NCBI GenBank assembly: GCA_963708995.1
Contig: CAVPUR010000011.1
Location: 15,682 to 79,681 of the forward strand
Length of the DNA: 64,000 nt
DNA from: an uncultured Actinomycetota bacterium
GTDB lineage: Bacteria; Actinomycetota; Actinomycetes; Mycobacteriales; Mycobacteriaceae
Reading direction: 5' to 3'
The notes below the pieces were generated by a model that ran no database searches, was not told where the DNA came from, and saw only the letters and a program-made list of their open reading frames with translations. Made by a program: the position numbers and the translations under genes. The stretch's first letter is position 1. Each line of letters opens with the position of its first letter. Positions 1 through 9,826 of the stretch are shown piece by piece.

Positions 1-187
1 GCTCTGCCCGCAGCGCCAGCAACCAGGCGTCGGGGTTGACGCCACCCAACTCGGCCGGCGTATAGGTGTTGAAATCGCAATAACCGCAACGGGTTATGCA
101 GAACGGGACGTGCACGTACACCCCGAACGGCTGCCCGGGGCCCGGCTGCATGGCGGGCAGATCGACCGGCGCCTGGCGAAGGGTCAT
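1..187 (-). CDS. hemW: Radical SAM HemW/HemN-like protein (N-terminal part; the gene continues past the window start)
   Basis: Reverse-strand translation from ATG at 185..187 gives MTLRQAPVDLPAMQPGPGQPFGVYVHVPFCITRCGYCDFNTY..., which contains the CxxxCxxC radical-SAM motif. It is absent from the ORF track because it runs off the window. Confidence 0.75.
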   Translation of the reverse strand, partial: MTLRQAPVDLPAMQPGPGQPFGVYVHVPFCITRCGYCDFNTYTPAELGGVNPDAWLLALRAE

Positions 188-542
188 GCCAAATCTTTGC
201 ACGACGCCGCGTTCTCAGCGGATTCTCGGTTTTGCTTACCGAATAACCCAGACTTGCTCGGTAGTTTTAATCACCGTGAGAAGAAATTTGACCTGGTTGC
301 ATGGCTTGCCGCCATCCATGGCAGAATGGGCGCGTGATCGCCGCCAACCCGAACCTGCGCGTTGCGCTGGTGGCTCGGCGGCATATCGACCTCAAGCGCG
401 TCTGTAGCTGTTGCTGTCTGCCTTGATGTCGTAGACCCAGCCCCCCTGTACTCCAGCCTGGCCACCGGATCTGCGCCACCGGAAGAGAACCGGTGTTCTG
501 CGCGTTCCATGGCTGACAACGTCCGCGAAGGAGCCCCCTCGA

Positions 543-2210
543 ATGACGACAGCGCGTCCGGCGAAGACTCGCGACGAGGGCCAGTGGGCGCTCGGGAATC
601 GCGAGCCGCTCAACGCCAACGAAGAGTTCAAGCAGGCCGGGCCGCCGCTTGAGGTTCGGGACCGCATCGAGAACATCTACGCCAAGGAAGGCTTCGACAG
701 CATCGAGAAAAACGATCTGCGCGGCCGGATGCGCTGGTGGGGCCTGTACACCCAGCGCGAGCAGGGTTACGACGGCAGCTGGACCGGCGACGAGAACATG
801 GACAAGCTCGAGGCCAGATACTTCATGATGCGGGTGCGTTGCGACGGCGGCGCGCTGTCGGCTGCCGCCCTGCGCACGCTGGGACAGATCTCGATCGAGT
901 TTGCCCGCGACACCGCCGACATCTCCGATCGGGAGAACGTGCAATACCACTGGATCGAGGTGGAGAAGGTCCCCGAGATCTGGCGGCGCCTGGACGAGGT
1001 CGGACTGCAGACCGCCGAGGCGTGCGGCGACTGCCCGCGCGTGATTCTGGGCTCACCGCTGGCCGGCGAGTCGCTGGACGAGGTGCTGGATCCGACCTGG
1101 GCGATCGACGAGATCGTCCGCCGCTACATCGGCAAACCCGACTTCGCCGACCTGCCCCGCAAGTACAAGACCGCCATCTCGGGCCTGCAGGACGTCGTCC
1201 ACGAGGTCAACGACATCGCGTTCATCGGCGTCAACCATCCCGAACACGGGCCCGGCCTGGACCTGTGGGTCGGCGGCGGCCTATCGACCAACCCAATGCT
1301 GGGCCAGCGGGTCGGCGCCTGGGTTCCGCTGGATGAGGTGCCCGAGGTCTGGGCGGCGGTCACCTCGGTGTTCCGCGACTACGGCTACCGGCGGCTGCGG
1401 GCCAAGGCGCGGCTGAAGTTCCTGATCAAGGACTGGGGCATAGAGAAATTTAGGAAAATTCTCGAAGAGGAGTACCTCAAGCGCCCCCTGATCGACGGCC
1501 CGGCCCCCGAGCCGGTCGCGCATCCGATCGACCACGTCGGTGTGCAACGGCTCAAGAACGGCCTTAACGCCGTCGGGGTCGCCCCGATCGCGGGGCGGGT
1601 GTCCGGCACCATCCTGTCCGCGGTGGCCGACTTGGCCGAGCAGGCCGGGTCCGACCGCATCCGGTTCACCCCTTACCAGAAGCTGGTCATCCTCGACATC
1701 TCCGACGACAAGCTCGACGACTTCGTCGCTGGCCTCGAGGCGCTGGGGTTGCAGTCGCAGCCTTCACGTTGGCGCCGAAACCTGATGGCGTGCACCGGCA
1801 TTGAGTTCTGCAAGCTGTCATTCGCCGAAACCCGGGTGCGGGCACAGTCGTTGGTGCCGGAGCTGGAACGTCGTCTCGACGACATCAACTCCCGCCTGGA
1901 CGTGCCGATCACGGTCAACATCAATGGCTGCCCCAACTCGTGTGCGCGAATTCAAGTGGCCGACATCGGTTTCAAGGGCCAAATGGTCGACGATGGTGAC
2001 GGCAACTCGGTCGAGGGCTTCCAGGTGCACCTGGGCGGCAGCCTCGGCCTGGACAGCGGCTTCGGCCGAAAACTGCGGCAGCACAAGGTCACCAGCGACG
2101 AGCTGGGTGACTATATCGAACGGGTGGTGCGCAACTTCGTCAAACACCGCAACGCGGGAGAACGGTTTGCGCAGTGGGCGATTCGCGCCGAGGAGGGTGA
2201 CTTGCGATGA
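543..2210 (+). CDS. sirA: Ferredoxin-dependent sulfite reductase (NirA/SirA)
   Basis: 555 aa ORF. The N-terminus MTTARPAKTRDEGQWALGNREPLNANEE and the body match mycobacterial SirA. GAAGGAG Shine-Dalgarno at 526..532. ATGA overlap with cysH at 2207..2210. Confidence 0.95.
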   Translation: MTTARPAKTRDEGQWALGNREPLNANEEFKQAGPPLEVRDRIENIYAKEGFDSIEKNDLRGRMRWWGLYTQREQGYDGSWTGDENMDKLEARYFMMRVRCDGGALSAAALRTLGQISIEFARDTADISDRENVQYHWIEVEKVPEIWRRLDEVGLQTAEACGDCPRVILGSPLAGESLDEVLDPTWAIDEIVRRYIGKPDFADLPRKYKTAISGLQDVVHEVNDIAFIGVNHPEHGPGLDLWVGGGLSTNPMLGQRVGAWVPLDEVPEVWAAVTSVFRDYGYRRLRAKARLKFLIKDWGIEKFRKILEEEYLKRPLIDGPAPEPVAHPIDHVGVQRLKNGLNAVGVAPIAGRVSGTILSAVADLAEQAGSDRIRFTPYQKLVILDISDDKLDDFVAGLEALGLQSQPSRWRRNLMACTGIEFCKLSFAETRVRAQSLVPELERRLDDINSRLDVPITVNINGCPNSCARIQVADIGFKGQMVDDGDGNSVEGFQVHLGGSLGLDSGFGRKLRQHKVTSDELGDYIERVVRNFVKHRNAGERFAQWAIRAEEGDLR

Positions 2211-2950
2211 GTGGCGATACGACCAAGCCGACCGAAGCCGAGCTGCGTGAGCTGGCGGCGCGTGGCGCCGCGGAACTCGACGGCGCCAGCGCGCCCGAAC
2301 TGCTGCGCTGGACCGAAGAGAATTTCGGCGGTGTGAACGGACCGCGCGGATGGGCGACATGCAACTATGTGGTGGCCTCCAATATGCAGGACGCCGTGCT
2401 GGTGGACCTGGCCGCCCGGGTGCGCCCAGGCGTACCGGTGATGTTTCTGGACACCGGCTACCACTTCGTCGAAACCATCGGCACCCGCGATGCGATCGAA
2501 TCGGTCTACGACGTTCGGGTGCTCAATGTCACTCCGGAGCACACGGTGGCCGAGCAGGACGCACTCGTGGGCAAGGACTTGTTCGCCAGTGATCCCGGCG
2601 AGTGCTGCCGGATGCGAAAGGTCGCACCGCTGGGCAAAGCGCTGAGCGGCTACTCCGCGTGGGTGACCGGGCTGCGCCGAGTGGAGGCGCCGACCCGCGC
2701 CAACGCCGCGCTGATCGGCTTCGACGAGGCCTTCAAGCTGGTGAAGATCAACCCGTTGGCCGCGTGGACAGACGAGGATATGCAGAACTACATCGACGAG
2801 CACGACGTGCTGGTGAATCCTCTTGTCTACGAGGGTTATCCGTCGATCGGCTGCGCTCCGTGCACGGCCAAGCCCGTCGAGGGCGCCGACCCGCGCAGCG
2901 GGCGCTGGCAAGGACTCGCCAAGACCGAATGCGGGTTGCACGCCTCGTGA
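2207..2950 (+). CDS. cysH: Adenosine 5'-phosphosulfate (APS)/PAPS reductase
   Basis: 247 aa ORF with the C-terminal ECGLH motif and the CC...CxxC cluster (GECCRMRK, IGCAPCT). Translationally coupled to sirA. Confidence 0.95.
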   Translation: MSGDTTKPTEAELRELAARGAAELDGASAPELLRWTEENFGGVNGPRGWATCNYVVASNMQDAVLVDLAARVRPGVPVMFLDTGYHFVETIGTRDAIESVYDVRVLNVTPEHTVAEQDALVGKDLFASDPGECCRMRKVAPLGKALSGYSAWVTGLRRVEAPTRANAALIGFDEAFKLVKINPLAAWTDEDMQNYIDEHDVLVNPLVYEGYPSIGCAPCTAKPVEGADPRSGRWQGLAKTECGLHAS

Positions 2951-3706
2951 CCCCGCTGGCACCCAAGCTGGTGCTGACCGCGCACGGAAGTGCGGATCCG
3001 CGGTCGGCCGCGAACGCGCGGGCCGTGGCCGGCCTGGTAACGCGCATGCGGCCCGGCCTCGATGTCCGACTGGCTTTCTGCGAGCTGAATGCGCCGAGCC
3101 TGGTTGAGGTGCTCGACGACGTCTCCGGCAGCCACGGGGCTGCTAAGGCACCCAAGGCAGTCGTCACCCCACTGCTGTTGGCGAACGCCTACCACGCCCG
3201 CGTCGACATCCCAGCGTCAGATCGCCGCCTGCGCCAACCCCGAGCGAGTGTGGCAAGCGCCGGTGCTCGGCGAGGATGACCGGCTGGTGACGGTGGCCCG
3301 TCAGCGGGTCGCGGAGTCGGGCGTGTCGCGGCTCGACGACACGCTCGGTGTCCTGGTGGTGGCGATCGGCTCGTCGAATCCCGCTGCGAACGCCCGCACC
3401 GCCGCGGTGGCGCGGAGACTGGCGGCGGGCACCCGCTGGGCCGGTGTGACGACCGCGTTCGCCACCCGTCCGGAACCGTCGCTGGCCGAAGCAACCAACC
3501 AGTTGCGGCGCCGCGGCGCCCGCCGGGTGGTCATCGCGCCGTGGTTTTTGGCGCCGGGGCGATTGCCGGACCGGGTGCAGACATTCGCTGACGTCGCCGG
3601 CATCGAGATGGCGGCTCCGTTGGGCGCCCACCGACTGGTGGCCGAAACCGTGCTAAATCGCTTCGATCAGGCGTTGAAAGCCCACGCCGAGCGCCTCGCG
3701 GCCTGA
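2947..3706 (+). pseudogene. che1: Sirohydrochlorin ferrochelatase (Che1/SirB, CbiX family) with an apparent +1 frameshift near 3217
   Basis: GTG at 2947 overlaps the cysH stop (GTGA). The N-terminal half (VTPLAPKLVLTAHGSADPRS...AYHARVDIPA) is in frame 1 and stops at 3279. The C-terminal half (QIAACANPERVWQAPVLGEDDRL...VVAIGSSNP...APWFLAPGRL) continues in frame 2 to 3706. The total span of 760 nt is 3n+1. Confidence 0.7.
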
Positions 3707-3722
3707 CGCTAGCTGCCGGCGG

Positions 3723-4115
3723 TCAGGCCGGTGCGGTGTCGATCGCCCCGCCGCTGTCCGCCCAGTCGGCGAACCCGCCCAGGTTGTAAACCTCGCCGTA
3801 GCCCATTTCCTTGAGCGCCTGCCCGGCGAGAGCCGCGCGTCCGCCCCCCGCGCAGTACACGATCACCGGCTTGCCCGTCTCGAAACGCGGGTCGTGGGAA
3901 GGCGATTGGGGGTCCGCCACAAACTCAAGCAGTCCACGCGGAACGTGTACGGCGCCGCTGACCTTGCCGCTCTGCTGCACCTCGGACGCTTCCCGTACGT
4001 CGACAACCAAAGCCCCGCCCTCGGCAATCAGCTCTTGCGCCTGCGCCGCCGCGATTCGCGGCACGACGGCGTTCGCGGCTTGCACTAACTGCGTGACACT
4101 CTTGGCCATGACCAC
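3723..4115 (-). CDS. Single-domain rhodanese-like sulfurtransferase
   Basis: 130 aa ORF with the active-site loop VIVYCAGGGRAALAG (CxxxxR). Confidence 0.85.
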   Translation of the reverse strand: MVMAKSVTQLVQAANAVVPRIAAAQAQELIAEGGALVVDVREASEVQQSGKVSGAVHVPRGLLEFVADPQSPSHDPRFETGKPVIVYCAGGGRAALAGQALKEMGYGEVYNLGGFADWADSGGAIDTAPA

Positions 4116-4130
4116 CCCTCTGCTAGCACT

Positions 4131-5222
4131 TCACGCTGTGGTCAGCGTGCTCGGATCCGCTTCGGATCCATCGGCGTCGGCGTCGCGGGCATCATCGGCG
4201 ATGGGCGGTACCCGGGTGGCACGAACGTACACGGTGTCGCCTTCCTTCAGACCGAGCGCTTCGGCGTCGCCGCGGGTGATCTGGGCGGTGAAGTTGCCTC
4301 CGGTGGCCGCGCTGGTCAACTCGACCCGCACCTCGAAGCCCAGCATCACGATGCGGTCGATGGTCGCGCGCAGGACGCCGGTGGCCTGCGCGGTGTCGTC
4401 GGCGGTGGCGATGGCCATGTCGGGGTTTCGTCCCACCCGGATGTCGTGCGGGCGGACCAAGGCGCCGTTGAGGACCGAGACCGCACCCAAGAACGACATC
4501 ACAAACGCATTCGACGGAGCGTCATACACCTGGGTGGGTGAGCCGACCTGTTCGATGCGGCCCTTGTTGAGCACCGCGATGCGATCGGCCACGTCCAGCG
4601 CCTCGGCCTGGTCGTGGGTGACCAGCACGGTGGTCACATGCACCTCGTCGTGCAAACGGCGCAGCCAGGCCCGCAGATCCTCACGGACCTTGGCATCCAG
4701 CGCCCCGAACGGCTCGTCGAGCAACAACACCTGCGGATCCACCGCCAGCGCGCGGGCCAGCGCCATGCGCTGGCGCTGACCACCGGAGAGCTGGTTGGGA
4801 TAGCGGCTCTGAAACCCGGCCAGCCCCACCACTTCGAGCAGGTTGTCGACCTTGTCTTTGATCTCGGCTTTGGGCCGCTTGCGGATCTTGAGCCCGTAGG
4901 CCACGTTGTCGCGCACGCTCAGGTGCTTGAACGCGGCGTAGTGCTGAAACACGAACCCGATGCCGCGCCGCTGCGGGGGCACCCCGGTGACCTCGCGGCC
5001 ATTGATCGTCACGGTGCCGCTGTCGGGCTGATCCAGCCCGGCGATGGTGCGCAACAACGTCGACTTGCCCGACCCGCTGGGCCCCAGCAACGCCGTGAGC
5101 GAACCGGCGGGCACCACGAAATCCACATGGTCCAGTGCGACGAAATCGCCATAACGCTTGAAGGCGTCACGGACCACAATCGCGTGGTCAGTCCCCGAAA
5201 AGCTCGTGCCGGTCATGTTCAA
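4131..5222 (-). CDS. cysA: Sulfate/thiosulfate ABC transporter ATP-binding protein
   Basis: 363 aa. Walker [10 protein letters not shown], signature LSGGQRQR, Walker B LLLDEP, and a C-terminal TOBE-like domain. Confidence 0.95.
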   Translation of the reverse strand: MNMTGTSFSGTDHAIVVRDAFKRYGDFVALDHVDFVVPAGSLTALLGPSGSGKSTLLRTIAGLDQPDSGTVTINGREVTGVPPQRRGIGFVFQHYAAFKHLSVRDNVAYGLKIRKRPKAEIKDKVDNLLEVVGLAGFQSRYPNQLSGGQRQRMALARALAVDPQVLLLDEPFGALDAKVREDLRAWLRRLHDEVHVTTVLVTHDQAEALDVADRIAVLNKGRIEQVGSPTQVYDAPSNAFVMSFLGAVSVLNGALVRPHDIRVGRNPDMAIATADDTAQATGVLRATIDRIVMLGFEVRVELTSAATGGNFTAQITRGDAEALGLKEGDTVYVRATRVPPIADDARDADADGSEADPSTLTTA

Positions 5223-5231
5223 GTCTCCTCG

Positions 5232-6050
5232 TCAGGCCCGTCTGGCGGCCCGCGCCCGACGGGCATCGAGAACCACCTGGACAATCAACACCAGCACGGC
5301 AACGCCCATCAGCAACGTCGACAACGCGTAGGCGCCGTACTCGGCCCCGCGGTTGTAGCGATCCGAGACCAGCAGTGTCAGCGTTTGCGACTTGCCCGGC
5401 AGGTTGGACGACACAATGATGACGGCGCCGAATTCGCCGAGGGTCCGCGCGATGGTCAGCACGATGCCGTAGGTCAGGCCCCACCGGATGGACGGCAGCG
5501 TGATCCGCCAAAACGTCTGCCACCAGCTAGAACCCAGCGTCGCGGCCGCCTCCTCCTGATCGGTACCCAACTCGTGCAATACCGGTTCCACCTCGCGAAC
5601 CACGAACGGCAGGGTGACGAACACGCTGGCCAGCACGATGCCGGGCAACCCGAAGATGATCTTGAACCCGAGGTCTTTCTCGACGAAGCCCAGCGCGCCG
5701 GCCGATCCCCACAGCAGGATCAAGGCGACACCGACGACGACGGGTGATACCGCGAAGGGTAGGTCGATGATCGCCTGTAGCACTCCTTTGCCACGAAAAC
5801 GGTTGCGGGCGAGTACCAATGCCGTCGGGATACCGAAGACCACGTTCAGCGGTACCACGATAGCCACCACTAGCAGCGACAAGTTCAGCGCCGATATCGC
5901 CGCCGGGGTGCTCACCCAGTCATAGAACTGGCCCAACCCGGGTTGGAAGGTCCGCCACAGGATCACCGCTACCGGAATGACCAGCAGCACAACGATGTAC
6001 GCCAGGGCAACAGACCGGAGAAGGTAGCGAACCCGCGCCGAAGATGTCAC
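5232..6050 (-). CDS. cysW: Sulfate ABC transporter permease CysW
   Basis: Polytopic permease. I chose the GTG at 6050 because it overlaps the cysT stop (GTGA at 6047..6050), giving 272 aa. The track ORF extends to 6191. Confidence 0.9.
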   Translation of the reverse strand: MTSSARVRYLLRSVALAYIVVLLVIPVAVILWRTFQPGLGQFYDWVSTPAAISALNLSLLVVAIVVPLNVVFGIPTALVLARNRFRGKGVLQAIIDLPFAVSPVVVGVALILLWGSAGALGFVEKDLGFKIIFGLPGIVLASVFVTLPFVVREVEPVLHELGTDQEEAAATLGSSWWQTFWRITLPSIRWGLTYGIVLTIARTLGEFGAVIIVSSNLPGKSQTLTLLVSDRYNRGAEYGAYALSTLLMGVAVLVLIVQVVLDARRARAARRA

Positions 6051-6898
6051 GGGGCCAACTCCTCGCGCTTGGCCGCACGCGCGCCGACGACGCGCAGCAG
6101 GAGCAGCACGACGAATGAGATCGACAACAGCACAATGGATATCGCGGCAGCGCCGGTGCGGTCGTCGTTCTCGATCAGGGTTCGGATCCACTGCGATGAC
6201 ACTTCGGTCTTGCCCGGCACCGCGCCACCGATCAGCACCACCGAGCCGAATTCACCGATCGCGCGCGAGAACGCCAGGCCGGCACCGGACAGCAACGCAG
6301 GCAGCAGCGACGGCAGTATCACCGAGGTGAAGATCTTCGGGCCGTTGGCGCCCAGGGAAGCCGCCGCCTCCTCGGTCTCCCGATCGATCTCGAGCAGCAC
6401 CGGTTGGACGGCGCGCACGACGAACGGCAACGTGACGAACGCCAGTGCCACACCCACACCCCACGCGGTGTGCTGCAGATGAAGACCCACCGGGCTGTTA
6501 TGCCCGTACAGGGCCAGCATCACCAGGCTGGCGACGATGGTGGGCAACGCGAAGGGCAGATCGATGATCGCGTCGACCAGTCGTTTGCCGACGAAGTCAT
6601 CACGCACCAGCACCCAGGCGACGATCAGACCAAACACGATGTTGATCACCGTGACAGCGATCGAGATGGTCAGCGTCACCCGGAACGACTCCAGCGCGGC
6701 ATGCGACGTGACCGCCACCCAGAAGGCCTGCCATCCGCCGCCGGCGGCCTGCCATGCGATCGCGGCCAGCGGCAGCAGCACGATCACCGAAAGCCACACG
6801 ATCGCCACCCCGACCCGAAGCGACGTGTCGCCCGCCCGCCTACGCGAACGTGCATCCGTGCGCGCCCCTGTCGGCACCCTGGTTATCGGCGCCGTCAT
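6047..6898 (-). CDS. cysT: Sulfate ABC transporter permease CysT
   Basis: 283 aa polytopic permease. ATGA overlap with the subI stop at 6895..6898. Confidence 0.9.
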   Translation of the reverse strand: MTAPITRVPTGARTDARSRRRAGDTSLRVGVAIVWLSVIVLLPLAAIAWQAAGGGWQAFWVAVTSHAALESFRVTLTISIAVTVINIVFGLIVAWVLVRDDFVGKRLVDAIIDLPFALPTIVASLVMLALYGHNSPVGLHLQHTAWGVGVALAFVTLPFVVRAVQPVLLEIDRETEEAAASLGANGPKIFTSVILPSLLPALLSGAGLAFSRAIGEFGSVVLIGGAVPGKTEVSSQWIRTLIENDDRTGAAAISIVLLSISFVVLLLLRVVGARAAKREELAP

Positions 6899-7929
6899 CC
6901 GGTGGCCTGCGTATAGATCTTGGTGATGCTGCCGGCGTTCTTATCGAAGAGCTGGGGGTCGATCGTGCTCCAGCCACCGAGGTCGGCGATTGTCCAGAGT
7001 TTCGCCGGCATCGGGAACTGGTCTCGGAAGTCGGCGGCGACCGCAGGATCGACCGGCCGAAAACCGGCCTGCGCCCACACCTTCTGCGCGGCCGCGGTGT
7101 ATTGGAAGTTTTTAAAGGCGACCGCGGCTTGGAGGTGGGGGCTGCTGGTTACCACCGCGACCGGATTTTCGATCTTGAAGGTCTGCGGCGGATTGACATG
7201 CTCGACCGGCTTGCCTGCCCGCTCAGTCGCAATGGCCTCGTTCTCGTAGCTGATCAACACATCACCGCTGCCCTGGACGAAGACATCGGTGGCTTCCCGG
7301 CCTGACCCAGGACGCAATTTGATGTGTTCGCGTACCAATCTGGCGACAAAGTCAACGCCGGCTTGGCTATTCCTGCCGCCTTCGCTCTTGACGGCGTACG
7401 GGGCGAGCAGATTCCATTTGGCCGACCCCGAACTCAGCGGGCTGGGCGTAATGACCTGCACGCCGGGCCGCAACAGGTCATCCCAATCCTTGATGTTCTT
7501 CGGATTACCCTTGCGGACCACGAACGTCACCACCGACCCGAACGGGATGCCCTTGGTGGCATCGGTATTCCAGTCCTTGGAAACCTTGCCGGCCTTCACC
7601 AATCGCGTGATGTCGGGTTCGACCGAGAAGTTCACGACGTCGGCGGGCTTGCCGTCGACGACACCGCGTGACTGGTCGCCGGAGGCCCCATACGAGGTGA
7701 CCACCTGCACGTCCTTGCCCTCCTCGGAGGCATTGAACGCGGGAATCACCTTGCTCCACCCGGGTTCTGGAACCGAGTAGGCGACCAGGGTGATGCTCGT
7801 GTGCGCGTTGGTCAGCCCCCCACCGCCAACGACATCACTGGCGCCACCCTGACACCCCGCAACAACAGCGACAATCAGGGCAAGCGCGACAACGGGGCGC
7901 CGCAAAGCGCGCCCGATGTCGTTAAGCAT
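6895..7929 (-). CDS. subI: Sulfate-binding lipoprotein SubI
   Basis: Periplasmic sulfate-binding fold. Start chosen at MLNDIGRALRRPVVALALIVAVVAGC (signal peptide plus lipobox). The track ORF extends to 8067. Confidence 0.9.
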   Translation of the reverse strand: MLNDIGRALRRPVVALALIVAVVAGCQGGASDVVGGGGLTNAHTSITLVAYSVPEPGWSKVIPAFNASEEGKDVQVVTSYGASGDQSRGVVDGKPADVVNFSVEPDITRLVKAGKVSKDWNTDATKGIPFGSVVTFVVRKGNPKNIKDWDDLLRPGVQVITPSPLSSGSAKWNLLAPYAVKSEGGRNSQAGVDFVARLVREHIKLRPGSGREATDVFVQGSGDVLISYENEAIATERAGKPVEHVNPPQTFKIENPVAVVTSSPHLQAAVAFKNFQYTAAAQKVWAQAGFRPVDPAVAADFRDQFPMPAKLWTIADLGGWSTIDPQLFDKNAGSITKIYTQATG

Positions 7930-8153
7930 TCCTGGCCTTCCGGTAGGGGACTTTTGGGTGTAGGCCCCGTTTCTGCGGAAAGGCGCCGAGAACTTCAGGA
8001 GAATCCACGGACTCCGCCCAGACCGCGCACGGGTTTGGGGGTCAGCGACAACAGTGCACGAAGACACAGCACGCCACGAGACGGGATGCTACGTGCATGG
8101 CGCGAAGCCTAACAGAACGCGCCGGTGTGTCATCTTGAGCCGCTGAGTAAGTC

Positions 8154-8168
8154 ACGCGCTCAGCGCGT
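8154..8168 (-). terminator. Short perfect hairpin (ACGCGC-TCA-GCGCGT) whose loop is the stop codon of the small membrane ORF
   Basis: Read directly: 6-bp GC-rich stem and 3-nt loop at 8160..8162. It lies between the small-ORF cluster and the subI promoter region. Confidence 0.25.
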
Positions 8169-8237
8169 CAGCAACCAGGTCACGATGACCAGCACCACGA
8201 GCGTGACGAGAACCAACGTCACCCGAGAGCGCGGCAT
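8160..8237 (-). CDS. Possible 25-aa single-TM micro-protein
   Basis: MPRSRVTLVLVTLVVLVIVTWLLTR is the 3' part of track ORF 8160..8420. The call rests only on hydrophobic character. Confidence 0.2.
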   Translation of the reverse strand: MPRSRVTLVLVTLVVLVIVTWLLTR

Positions 8238-8242
8238 GCCGA

Positions 8243-8445
8243 TTACCCGGACGCCCCGTCGGTGCGGCGGAGGAAGCGCATCAGCTGGATGCCCTTGCCC
8301 AGCAGCCGGTCCAGCAATACCGCCGTGACGTAGGCCAGCGCCAGCACCACCGGCATCACCACCAGTGCCTGCAGCACGAAGGCGAGCCCGGACAGCCACA
8401 GCTCCATGCCGTCCCACCAATTCAGGAGCCCGTTCACCAGGTTCA
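8243..8445 (-). CDS. Small conserved membrane protein (Rv2401A-like position)
   Basis: GTG at 8445 is preceded by AGGGGAA. Product VNLVNGLLNWWDGMELWLSGLAFVLQALVVMPVVLALAYVTAVLLDRLLGKG... has one or two TM helices. The upstream part of the track ORF looks non-coding. Confidence 0.4.
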
Positions 8446-8511
8446 CCCTATATTCCCCTGGATTCCTCCTGGTCCCGCCGGGACCACCAGCCGGTGTGTC
8501 AAGATCGGCAG

Positions 8512-9768
8512 GTGTCTGCCTCAGACCCCACCCGAGCCCCAGAAACCGAGACAACCACCTGTGTGATCGCTGGCGGCGGACCGGCCGGAATGATGCTTGG
8601 CTTGCTGTTGGCACGGGCCGGTGTGGATGTCACGGTGATGGAAAAGCACGCCGACTTTCTGCGTGACTTCCGCGGCGACACCGTGCACGCGAGCACGTTG
8701 CGCTTGCTGGACGAACTGGGTTTGGCCGGGCAGTTCGCGCAGCTACCGCATCGCCTCATCGACACCGCCCGGATGCAGCTGCAGGGCCAATCCGTGGATC
8801 TCGACCTGACCCACCTGCCCGGCGCGCATCAGCACATCGCGCTGGTGCCGCAGTGGGACTTCCTCGAGATGCTGGCGACCGCCGCCGAGGCGGAGCCCAG
8901 CTTCCGGTTGATGCGCAGCACCGAGGTGACCGGCGTGATCCGCGGCTCCGGGCAGGACCGCGACCGCGTGGTCGGCGTCACCTACCGTGACGAGTCCGGG
9001 GTCAAGCAGATGCGCGCCGAGCTGACGGTGGGGTGCGACGGCCGCACGTCGGCCGTCCGCTCAGCGGTCGGCCTGGTGCCGCGAGCCTTCGGCGCGCCGA
9101 TGGACGTCTGGTGGTTCCGGCTGCCTCGCCAGCCCGACGACCCGCCCGGACTTGCCGGCACGTTCAACGCCGGGCACGGGGCCATTTTGATCGACCGCGG
9201 CGACTACTACCAGATCGCCTACATCATTCCCAAGGGAACCGACGCCGAGATGCGGTCACAAGGTATCGAATCGTTGCACCGCGTGCTGGTGAGCATGGTG
9301 CCCTGGCTCGCCGATCGCGTCGCCACATTGGCGTCGTTCGATGACGTGAAACTGCTTGATGTGCAACTCAATCGGCTGCGGCGCTGGTACTCGGGCGGCG
9401 TGCTGTGCATCGGCGATGCGGCGCACGCGATGTCGCCGGTGGGCGGCGTCGGAATCAATCTGGCGGTGGCCGACGCCGTCGCCACCGCGCGGATACTGGC
9501 CGGACCGCTACGGGCCGGGCGGGTGTCCAACCGGCAGCTGGCCAGGGTGCAGGCACGCCGCTGGATACCAACGGCGATGGTGCAGGCGGTGCAACGCATG
9601 ATCCATGCCAGGGTGATCGCCGTCGCGGTCACCGGCACCGACCGCGAACCGCCGCGCGCCATCCGGCTGGTGAGCCGCACGCCGGCGTTGCGACGCTTGA
9701 TCGGCTACATGATGGCGATCGGGCCGCTGGCCGAGCACACCCCTGAGTACGCCAGGCGTCCCGGGTAA
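8512..9768 (+). CDS. FAD-dependent monooxygenase/oxidoreductase (UbiH/PheA-TfdB type)
   Basis: GxGxxG dinucleotide fold CVIAGGGPAGMMLGLLLARAGVDVTVMEK and the GDAAH motif (CIGDAAHAMSPVGG). GTG at 8512 chosen; the track ORF starts at 8365. Confidence 0.85.
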   Translation: MSASDPTRAPETETTTCVIAGGGPAGMMLGLLLARAGVDVTVMEKHADFLRDFRGDTVHASTLRLLDELGLAGQFAQLPHRLIDTARMQLQGQSVDLDLTHLPGAHQHIALVPQWDFLEMLATAAEAEPSFRLMRSTEVTGVIRGSGQDRDRVVGVTYRDESGVKQMRAELTVGCDGRTSAVRSAVGLVPRAFGAPMDVWWFRLPRQPDDPPGLAGTFNAGHGAILIDRGDYYQIAYIIPKGTDAEMRSQGIESLHRVLVSMVPWLADRVATLASFDDVKLLDVQLNRLRRWYSGGVLCIGDAAHAMSPVGGVGINLAVADAVATARILAGPLRAGRVSNRQLARVQARRWIPTAMVQAVQRMIHARVIAVAVTGTDREPPRAIRLVSRTPALRRLIGYMMAIGPLAEHTPEYARRPG

Positions 9769-9826
9769 CCCGACATCTCGGGCAGATCAATGGACGGCGG
9801 GCAGGTCGACAGATGATGATGTCGGC

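Noticed and set aside
477-495. Inverted repeat CACCGG-AAGAGAA-CCGGTG in the sirA leader, with a GCCACCGG direct repeat at 461..468 and 475..482
   Set aside because: The 6-bp stem is too short, and I know of no riboswitch or attenuator for this operon. It could be an operator, but the sequence alone does not support a call.
8471-8485. Palindrome GGTCCC-GCC-GGGACC between the small membrane ORF and the monooxygenase start
   Set aside because: It is a short GC-rich palindrome of a kind expected by chance in this composition. It may also lie within coding sequence, depending on the true start codons.
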